From Planctomycetota bacterium (lineage in GTDB: Bacteria > Planctomycetota > Phycisphaerae > WQYP01): a stretch of 64,000 nt of DNA. The stretch covers positions 39,440 through 103,439 of the forward strand of contig JAKBMM010000002.1 in NCBI GenBank assembly GCA_021831565.1, given 5' to 3'. The translations under genes and the position numbers were made by a program. Shown here piece by piece: positions 56,898 to 64,000 of this stretch (its first letter is position 1; every line of letters starts with the position of its first letter). Under the pieces are notes generated by a model, which was not told the origin of the DNA, did not search any database, and saw only the letters and a program-made list of their open reading frames with translations.

Positions 56898-57416
56898 ATG
56901 GCTCTTGACCATCCCGCCGCGGCGCGGCTCAAAACACGGTTTCCCGGCCTGGCGCTGAAGGGCGCGTCCTTGAGCGGCCAGAGTCAGATATGGATTCCCC
57001 GCGAACACCTGGCGGAAATTGTTCTTTTTCTCCGCGATGATCCGACCCTGCGCTACGATATGCTCTGCGATATCAGTTGCGTGGACTATCTGAATTTTCC
57101 CGGCTGGGACAAACCACGTTTTGGGCTGGTTTATGTATTCAACAGTGTCGCCGGGGGCAATCCCCGGCTGATTCTGCGCGTGTTTCTCGCTGAAAACGAA
57201 TTGGAAGTCGATTCACTCACGCCGCTATTCGCCGGCGCCGAATGGCTCGAACGCGAAGTCTTCGACATGTTCGGCGTTCGTTTCACCGGCCATCCCGATC
57301 TGCGCCGCATCCTCACCTGGGATGGTTTTTCCGCGCACCCGCTGCGCAAGGATTACCCGGTAATCGGACGCGGCGAGCGCGAGAACTATCCCGTCATTTC
57401 CCGCGATTCCGCCTGA
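56898..57416 (+). CDS. nuoC: NADH-quinone oxidoreductase subunit C (30 kDa subunit), solitary
   Basis: EREVFDMFGVRFTGHPDLRRILT canonical NuoC motif. No other nuo genes adjacent. Confidence 0.8.
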   Translation: MALDHPAAARLKTRFPGLALKGASLSGQSQIWIPREHLAEIVLFLRDDPTLRYDMLCDISCVDYLNFPGWDKPRFGLVYVFNSVAGGNPRLILRVFLAENELEVDSLTPLFAGAEWLEREVFDMFGVRFTGHPDLRRILTWDGFSAHPLRKDYPVIGRGERENYPVISRDSA

Positions 57417-57430
57417 GCGCACCAGTGAGC

Positions 57431-57547
57431 TAACCGTTCACGGCGGCGCGGAAAACGGCCGCGGGATTGCGATCCTCGCGGCTGCCCCATGGTCGCCCCC
57501 CCGCAGCCGTGGATGGAAATCCACGGCCGTCCGTAACCGCAAACCAT
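57431..57547. repeat. Copy B of the structured repeat element (inverted relative to copy A)
   Basis: Reverse complement is about 95% identical to 15685..15800, including all three hairpins. Confidence 0.65.
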
Positions 57548-57615
57548 CATGCCTCGTAATCCAACCACCGCTCTATTACCATCCCCGACCGTGAAAAGCC
57601 GCCCGGAGGTGGACG

Positions 57616-57946
57616 CAAAACGGCTGCGGGATTCCACCTCGCGGCTGCATAACTGGCGCGGCTTGCGGTTCATCGCCTGAAGCTCGGCGAAGTAGGTCTT
57701 GCCGTCAGCGGCAGTTGTTGCAAAATCTGTAACAACTACCCCAGGAATCAGTTCCCCCTCCTCAAAGATATTCGCTATGTGCCGCGAAATCACGGACTTA
57801 TCGCGCCCGAACAGGTCCGTCATCTGGGTCAGGGACAGCCAGACGGTCTCGCCTTTTATGCGAACCTCAATCCGACTTCGCCCGTCAGAAGATTCGTAGA
57901 ATAGAAAATCAGACGGTATCTGCGTTGATTCGCATTTTAGATTCAC
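57616..57946 (-). pseudogene. N-terminal fragment of a RhuM-family (virulence-protein RhuM-like) gene, truncated at the repeat element
   Basis: SDGRSRIEVRIKGETVWLSLTQMTDLFGRDKSVISRHIANIFEEGEL...TTAADGKTY matches the RhuM N-terminal region only. The ORF then reads into repeat copy B; lower GC than neighbours. Confidence 0.5.
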
Positions 57947-59835
57947 TTGGCGGCGCGGGCCGGCGCGGCGGCGAGTTGCAGAACCAGGTTGGATGGGACG
58001 CTGGTCCGATCGGGCGGGTCGATGGTCACGGCGCGAATCAACAGCGGCTTGCCGGGGGCAAGCGTCACCCGGATGGGAGAACTATAGAAGTCCGAATATA
58101 TATATCCGCCATTGAGCGTATAGAAAATCATCGCGCCGGGAACCGGTTGCGTCAGGCGCACCCATCCGGTCAAAGAGGTGGTGTGAATATGAATGGAATT
58201 GTGGCTGGGATGGCGGGTGACGGTCGTGCGCCCGCCCGCGCCGCTGAAGCGGAAGGCCGGCGGCGGAGTCCGAAAATTATAACCATTGGCCCGCAACCAG
58301 AGATACTGCCGGGCCGTGCGCTGCACAAAACTGGAATAGCGCTGCTCTTGCAACGGTGTCCAGCAGATTTCCGCCAGGGCCAGGGCATGCGGTAAGAGCA
58401 TGTAAAAAAGGTGGTGGGCGGAGAAAACATATTCCGTCCACAGGCACCCCTCGGCGCCGAAAAGGCGATTTTTCAAGGCCGGCGGCAGCAGGGACGATGG
58501 ATTGCAGTTGTAGGTTTCCCGCAAAGTGGTAAGCCCGCCTATGGCCGGCGGTTCATAGCGGGGATCGCCCTGGTAATGATCGAAATAGAGTTTTCCCGTT
58601 TGCGCGACAATGACATCGTGCCCCCATCGGGCATCGTGCTTAACCACGCGCGAGCTGTTCCAACACTCCACCACGGCGCTGGCCGGGAGGCCTTGGACGG
58701 GTACATCATTCCAGACCACGGCGCGCCGCCCCCGGGCGGCCAGAAAGCGGGCCATTTTTCTGGCGAAATAATCGTGGACTTGCTGAAGGTTTGTCCAATG
58801 CCGTTGTCGCATCAGCTTTTGCACGACGGGGTTATGCGCCCAGGCCTGCACATTGACCTCATCTCCGCCGATATGAATGAATTTACCGGGGAAAAGCGAG
58901 ACCAGGTCGCCAAAGACGGTTTTTAGGAATCGGAACGTTTGGGGACCGGGACTCAGCAGGGAACCACCCTTCCTGGGACCAGAGAGCCATGGATATGCGG
59001 CAATCGCCGCGCCACAGTGGCCGGGAATGTCTATTTCCGGCACGATGGTGACGCAACGCTGTTGGGCATAAGCGACAATCTCTCTGATCTGGGCTTGGGT
59101 GTAATAGCCGCCATAGCGCGGCCCATGGGCCGGAGCGGGTGGACCGCAAAAAGGAGAGGAATTAGGCCGCCAGGCGCCGATTTTCGTCAGAAGCGGATAT
59201 TGCGGTATTTGGATGCGCCAACCCTGGTTATCGGATAAGTGCCAGTGCAAGCGATTGAGCTTGTAATGAGCCGCCACGCGAATGAATTTTTCGACCACGG
59301 GCAAAGGGAAAAAATGCCGCACCGAATCCAGCATGATTCCCCGCCAGCGGTACCGCGGCCAATCGGTAATCACCACCTGGTGAATGGCGTTGTCCGCCGG
59401 CAAGGCGGGGTTGAACAACTCTTCAAAGGTTTGCAACCCGTAGAACAGACCGGGACCGGCGTTGGCGGTAATGGCGGCCCCCCGGCTGGTTACGGCGAGT
59501 CGATAGCCTTGGCGGCCAAGCTGGGGATTATCCGCATGGGTGGCAAGGGTAATCTGCACCCGGCCGGTTGCAACAATCTTCGCCTGGATGCCGCGCTTAT
59601 TGAGAAAACGCTCAAGAAATCGGGCCATACGCCGATCCGCGGCGCCGGCGGCGGCGATGCGCAGCCTGGGCGGCAGGCTCCATTTAGCGGCATAAGCTCG
59701 GATATGTCGTGGTTGTGGAACAAGGCCAAGTTTATTAACGGGAAAAGAATCCGCGTTTCCCGCGGCCCGGGCGATCCCCGGCGCAAGGCCCGCGGCGAGC
59801 CATAAGCACGCGATTATGCCATGTGATGGACGCAT
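57943..59835 (-). CDS. Secreted beta-N-acetylhexosaminidase (GH20)
   Basis: Signal peptide, then GH20 catalytic motif HIGGDEV and RWRGIMLDSVRHF. Confidence 0.8.
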   Translation of the reverse strand: MRPSHGIIACLWLAAGLAPGIARAAGNADSFPVNKLGLVPQPRHIRAYAAKWSLPPRLRIAAAGAADRRMARFLERFLNKRGIQAKIVATGRVQITLATHADNPQLGRQGYRLAVTSRGAAITANAGPGLFYGLQTFEELFNPALPADNAIHQVVITDWPRYRWRGIMLDSVRHFFPLPVVEKFIRVAAHYKLNRLHWHLSDNQGWRIQIPQYPLLTKIGAWRPNSSPFCGPPAPAHGPRYGGYYTQAQIREIVAYAQQRCVTIVPEIDIPGHCGAAIAAYPWLSGPRKGGSLLSPGPQTFRFLKTVFGDLVSLFPGKFIHIGGDEVNVQAWAHNPVVQKLMRQRHWTNLQQVHDYFARKMARFLAARGRRAVVWNDVPVQGLPASAVVECWNSSRVVKHDARWGHDVIVAQTGKLYFDHYQGDPRYEPPAIGGLTTLRETYNCNPSSLLPPALKNRLFGAEGCLWTEYVFSAHHLFYMLLPHALALAEICWTPLQEQRYSSFVQRTARQYLWLRANGYNFRTPPPAFRFSGAGGRTTVTRHPSHNSIHIHTTSLTGWVRLTQPVPGAMIFYTLNGGYIYSDFYSSPIRVTLAPGKPLLIRAVTIDPPDRTSVPSNLVLQLAAAPARAAK

Positions 59836-59867
59836 AGGAGCACCTTATAAAAAAAAGCGATGCACCG

Positions 59868-61607
59868 TTACCGGTCCGCTTTTATACCCCGAAAGCCCGC
59901 TTCAATCTCTTCGAGTGTTTTATTTCTGGTTTCCGGCAACCACAGCGTGGCGGTTAGGAAATAGATTACTGTAAATCCGGCGAAGGTAAAGAATATTGTG
60001 GCGTATCCGTATTTTCCGACCACCGGCAGAAACACCGCCGCAATCATGGTGGAGACCGCCTGGTTGATCAACAGCGCAATGCTCATACCCGTGGAACGAA
60101 TGCGGGTGGGCATCAGCTCGGAGAGCGCCAGCCACACGCATACTCCGGGGCCGGCGGCGAAAAAAGCGACAAAAGCAAACAGGCTCATGGCCGTGAGTAT
60201 TCCGTTTCGCCTGGTGGGCGCCGGAGTAATCCAGGCGTGTTCTATTTTCAGCGGCGCGTGGCGCGCCACCGCCAGATTGGCCAGTGGATTGGAGAAAAAA
60301 GCAATCACCGCATTGGCCGGTACGCACTCGGCGCGCGTAATGACCACCGGTTCGGCGGTCCGGCTCGCGGAACGCACGGTGTTGGTCATCCCGTGGAAAC
60401 CCCCGTAGGAATAAATGACCGTCAAGGTTACCGGATGCCGGCTCATGGCGTTGGGGTTCATTTTTCCGGGCGAGAGAAGCCTTGCGGCCATGGTTTGATT
60501 GAAAGGTATGGAAAGAGTCTGATTCGGCCGGACCAGGGCCTGCAGAGACTTGGCGCAGTCGATGCGCCCCTCCTGCGCATGGTGAAACAGAAGTCCCGTG
60601 CAGACCAGCGAGACAATGATGCCCGCGCTGCCGGCGGATAAGAGAGCCTTTCGCCCGACACGATCCACCAGTACAACACCCACGATGGTCATCAGGAAAT
60701 TCACCGTGGTAAACAGGAGGTAACCCCAGTGGGCCTGCACGTCGCTCAGGCCGGCCTGGATGAGAATCGTCGCGTTGTAGCCAATGATGGAATTGATGCC
60801 GGTGGCCTGATTGCAAGCGAGAATCACGCACGCCAGAAGAAACGGTATTACATAGCGGCGTTGCCAGAGCGATTCCCTTGACGCGGGTGGGGTATTGTCG
60901 GCGGACGGCGGCTCGGGCGCAGCGAGCTTTTCCATCTCCTCCATCTCGCGGGCCGCCTGCGGAGGGGTGCGCGATCGCCGCAGCGCGGCGCGAGCCGCCG
61001 GCTTATCGCCTCGTTTAAAAAGCCAGCGCGGCGACTCGGCCACGTACAAGCTGCCACAGACGAAGAGAATACCCGGCGGCAGCGTGGACCAGAAAATGCC
61101 GCGCCACGCCGCATCCTTAAAGGCGAAAAGTTTGGCGGCATTGTTCAGCCGGGCGACCGCTTGCACGCGTATGCTAAAGTACATGGCAATGACCGCCGCG
61201 GCCACAATGCCCAGCGTCAGCAGCCATTGAAAGACGGCGGTTCCCCGCCCCCGGCCGGCGGGGGTCAGGCACTCGGCAAGGTAGAGCGGAACCACCACGC
61301 CGATCAATCCCGCACTAACCCCCTGTAAGAGCCGCCCCAGCAGCAACGGGCCGTAACCATGCGACATGGCAATCAGAGGAATGCTCAGAACAAACAGCGT
61401 CCCGCTGAGCGTCATCAATTTTTTGCGGCCCATCCAATCGGCGAGCACGCCTGCAAAAAGTGTGGAGAACACGCTGCCGAGCAGAACGGCGGCAACGATC
61501 ATGGAAAGTTGGCCGGCGTTGAGACCGCAAGTCGCCTCCAGGTACGGCAGCGCCCCGGAAATGATGCCGACATCCACCCCGTAGAGCAGACCGCCGAGGC
61601 CGGCCAC
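59868..61607 (-). CDS. MFS sugar-porter family transporter (with a roughly 90-aa insertion in the central loop)
   Basis: LGGLLYGVDVGIISGALPY, PESPRWL and PETRNKTLEEIE sugar-porter motifs. Start codon uncertain (GTG 61607, or ATT 61661 behind a GGAGG RBS). Confidence 0.75.
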   Translation of the reverse strand: MAGLGGLLYGVDVGIISGALPYLEATCGLNAGQLSMIVAAVLLGSVFSTLFAGVLADWMGRKKLMTLSGTLFVLSIPLIAMSHGYGPLLLGRLLQGVSAGLIGVVVPLYLAECLTPAGRGRGTAVFQWLLTLGIVAAAVIAMYFSIRVQAVARLNNAAKLFAFKDAAWRGIFWSTLPPGILFVCGSLYVAESPRWLFKRGDKPAARAALRRSRTPPQAAREMEEMEKLAAPEPPSADNTPPASRESLWQRRYVIPFLLACVILACNQATGINSIIGYNATILIQAGLSDVQAHWGYLLFTTVNFLMTIVGVVLVDRVGRKALLSAGSAGIIVSLVCTGLLFHHAQEGRIDCAKSLQALVRPNQTLSIPFNQTMAARLLSPGKMNPNAMSRHPVTLTVIYSYGGFHGMTNTVRSASRTAEPVVITRAECVPANAVIAFFSNPLANLAVARHAPLKIEHAWITPAPTRRNGILTAMSLFAFVAFFAAGPGVCVWLALSELMPTRIRSTGMSIALLINQAVSTMIAAVFLPVVGKYGYATIFFTFAGFTVIYFLTATLWLPETRNKTLEEIEAGFRGIKADR

Positions 61608-61720
61608 GAGCAGCAGAATACGGTTGTAAGTCGGGGGGGCGATGGGAGGGGACGAAAAAATAATTTACCTCCCCGGCGGCGTCCATTTCGCCGGCAAATA
61701 TGAAATATGTTCCTTAGTTT

Positions 61721-63871
61721 TCAATGCTCCGCGATGAAATGACTGGGCATTCCCTTGGTAAGGGATGCGTAAACCAAGGGGCGCTGCAGCATCATCGCCT
61801 GGCGATTGAGAACCTGCGGCGTGAGGTTCCGCCCCGCCAGAAAACGGAATCGGAAAGTATGCTCGCCGCGATCCGCATACTGCCGGCGCGGCGCCGCGCC
61901 CGCGTGGGGAACGTGGTGCGCCATGATCGGACTGCGCAACAGCGTCAGCCGCGCCCGCGACGCGGTGGAGTCCAGGGCATAGGTGTCCGGGCTGACAATT
62001 CCGATATGGTTCCCGTCCCGGACGCGCAGCAGGGTAAAATCGCGACACGGCGCTTCTTTGCCGTTATTCGGGCGATCCAACTGCCCGCCGGGAATACCGT
62101 CGATCCGCCCCTCCAAATCGCCGGTCGCAACCACGATCAGTTTGAGCATTTTCTGTTCTTCCCGCCATTCCACCCGCATGATCAATTCCACATAAGGTTC
62201 GCCGGCGTAGAGGCGCCACTCCCAGCTTACCGGCGAGGAACCGATCCGGCCGGTTTGAATCATGGCCGCGCGCAGCGGGCCGGCTTCAATGGTGGCCGGA
62301 TAGTTCCAACATGCGGAAACAGCCGGTCCTTCGGTGTAACGATCCACCCCGTGCGACCAGGTGTCGGTCGGATCGGAAAGCAGCGCCAGGCGCGGCAATG
62401 GCAATTGAAGTTCTCCCAGGGATAACCGCCGATTGACGATATCCACAGCCGCGTTGGCTTCATTGCGCATCACCCCTTCCCCCGCGACCACCCGGTCGCC
62501 ACGCGCCGATTCTTCGCCCGGTTGCTTGCCGATGCGCAACACCCGGATTTGGCCCGGCGCCGCCACGATGCGGCAGATCAAATGCGGCGAAACTCCATAC
62601 GCAATCGCTTCCCCTTCCACCGCCTGGCACGCAATCGCCTGATTTGTTTCATCGATCAACTGGTGTTCTTTGGTCCACGGCTTGAGCCAGGGGTCGAATT
62701 CGGTATAGCCCTCATACGGTTCATCGGACGCGTTGAACAATACCACGCGCTGTTGGAGATCATCGGGCAGCGTTTGTATTTTTTTCCGCAGCGTCAGATG
62801 GATCGTATCGTCGGCAATGGCCAGCGCCTGACCAAGCTGCGCTTCCATCTGGGGATAGGCGGAGGGAATGCAGGTTCCACCGAGCGTGTCGTGAAAATGG
62901 TTGAACGCCACACGCTCCCACGCCGCTTCCAGGGAGGCAAGATCCTCCGGCGGCGCGGGCGCGATCCGCTGCGCTATCTGGGCCTGCGCCAGACCGTGCT
63001 CGGCCCGCCGCAGCGCCGTCTTGATGCCGCGATGCACACTGTAACAGCCGATCGCGTGCATCTGCAGTTCCCCGGTCACCAACGGTAACCGCGCCACCTG
63101 CGGCTGCACCGCCTCGAAAAATCGCCGCGGGCTGGAGAATACCAGCCGCAGGCCGTCTAGGGCTGACTCATGCCGGCGGCAAATATCGATCAGATGCTCC
63201 GTTGGGCCGCCGCCGTGATCGCCGACGCCCAAAAAACACATCGTATGTTCAATTCCCGCCGGCAACTCCGTGGTGGCGGCGCGCACGTGCCCGATGAAAC
63301 CCTCCCTGGAAACCGCACCCGGGCTGCCATAAGACCGTGCGATCCGAAAAGTCACAATTTCCGGCGAACCTTCGTAACCCCGCCAGCGGAACAATCGGGC
63401 CGGCAATGGCATTTCATGTTCCTGCGGGCGCATCATGACGTAATACCGCTGGCCGGCCTCATGGATGTAACCGGGCAGGGTGGCGGCATGGCCGAAGCTG
63501 TCCACGTTATACGCCACCTGCGGGCACACGCCGAAGGTTTGCTGGAAATAGTTGCGGCCCAGTTCGATCTGTTTTTTCATCGCCCAGCCGCTGGGCTGGT
63601 TGCAGTCGGGCTGAATCCACCAGCCCCCGACGATTTCCCATCGTCCGGCCTCCACATGCCGGCGAATCCGTGCGAACAGCGCCGGATCCAACCGCTCCAC
63701 CATGCGATAAGCCCACGCTTCTCCGCGACTGAAGATCAGATCGGGATGGGCGTCGAGCCGGTTGCAGGCGCTGCGGCACGTGGCCAATATTTCATCCACG
63801 CCGGCCGTCCAGGGCCAGAGCCATACGGGGTCTATGTGGGAATTGAAAATCAGGTGAACGGTAAGGGGCAT
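61721..63871 (-). CDS. Alpha-mannosidase (GH38)
   Basis: N-terminal HLIFNSHIDPVWLW (the GH38 HxHxDxGW-type motif) and full-length GH38 architecture. Confidence 0.8.
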   Translation of the reverse strand: MPLTVHLIFNSHIDPVWLWPWTAGVDEILATCRSACNRLDAHPDLIFSRGEAWAYRMVERLDPALFARIRRHVEAGRWEIVGGWWIQPDCNQPSGWAMKKQIELGRNYFQQTFGVCPQVAYNVDSFGHAATLPGYIHEAGQRYYVMMRPQEHEMPLPARLFRWRGYEGSPEIVTFRIARSYGSPGAVSREGFIGHVRAATTELPAGIEHTMCFLGVGDHGGGPTEHLIDICRRHESALDGLRLVFSSPRRFFEAVQPQVARLPLVTGELQMHAIGCYSVHRGIKTALRRAEHGLAQAQIAQRIAPAPPEDLASLEAAWERVAFNHFHDTLGGTCIPSAYPQMEAQLGQALAIADDTIHLTLRKKIQTLPDDLQQRVVLFNASDEPYEGYTEFDPWLKPWTKEHQLIDETNQAIACQAVEGEAIAYGVSPHLICRIVAAPGQIRVLRIGKQPGEESARGDRVVAGEGVMRNEANAAVDIVNRRLSLGELQLPLPRLALLSDPTDTWSHGVDRYTEGPAVSACWNYPATIEAGPLRAAMIQTGRIGSSPVSWEWRLYAGEPYVELIMRVEWREEQKMLKLIVVATGDLEGRIDGIPGGQLDRPNNGKEAPCRDFTLLRVRDGNHIGIVSPDTYALDSTASRARLTLLRSPIMAHHVPHAGAAPRRQYADRGEHTFRFRFLAGRNLTPQVLNRQAMMLQRPLVYASLTKGMPSHFIAEH

Positions 63872-64000
63872 GGCGTAATTCCTTGTGCATCTGTAACCTT
63901 GGCAAAAATACCCTTGAAATTCGCACCACTCGGCGAGCAGTTGTTCCAGAAAATTTCGCGACAGTGAGGTCTACGGATTTATCAATACCCATATAACCAT

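Noticed and set aside
57386-57615. Remainder of the 186-aa ORF downstream of the RhuM-like region
   Set aside because: It is the translation of the repeat element (RPWISIHGCGG peptide also produced by copy A in a spurious ORF); not coding.
63170-63967. 265-aa plus-strand ORF antisense to the GH38 mannosidase
   Set aside because: Shadow ORF.
1-64000. CRISPR arrays, rRNA genes, integrases or transposases
   Set aside because: No regularly spaced direct repeats of 25-40 bp, no rRNA-like conserved stretches and no recombinase-like ORFs were found by eye. A computational scan would be needed to be certain.

Overview
High-GC (roughly 65%) bacterial chromosomal segment, mostly minus-strand genes. 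Housekeeping genes are typA/bipA, leuA, leuC, accA, pyrE, pdxJ, recN, polA, rdgB, a MazG-like pyrophosphohydrolase, a PfkB-family kinase and a chorismate-utilising enzyme. Between them sit several accessory loci. (1) A tightly packed, translationally coupled 8-gene operon (19399..29548, minus strand) encodes a complex-I / group-4-hydrogenase-like membrane module. It has a fused NuoI–NuoB subunit, a fused NuoC–NuoD 'large subunit' lacking all four Ni-Fe-binding cysteines (Ehr-like), HyfE-, HyfC/NuoH- and NuoN-like subunits, two tandem NuoL/HyfB-like antiporter subunits, and a leading HTH–PTS-EIIA(Ntr) protein behind a near-consensus sigma70 promoter. This is the most interesting system in the window. 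(2) A low-GC islet sits immediately 3' of a tRNA-Ser(GGA) gene. It carries a 329-aa protein with a PD-(D/E)xK-like motif plus a 63-aa partner with a strong RBS, next to a hipBA toxin–antitoxin pair. (3) A roughly 115-bp triple-hairpin repeat element is present in at least 2.3 copies; one copy is linked to a truncated rhuM fragment and another to an orphan hicB. (4) A 26-aa extremely basic peptide gene, missed by the ORF track, has its own promoter, a structured leader and an RBS; it is possibly a bTHX-like small ribosomal protein. It is followed by a motif (TCTATTGAGATAGT) that recurs after pyrE. (5) Orphan genes: a lone nuoC, kdpDE without kdpABC, an FtsX-type permease and a MalK-type ATPase without partners. 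The window also holds a hybrid histidine kinase / HD-GYP regulator pair and GH20, GH38 and MFS glycan-utilisation genes. No CRISPR array, rRNA or integrase/transposase was seen.
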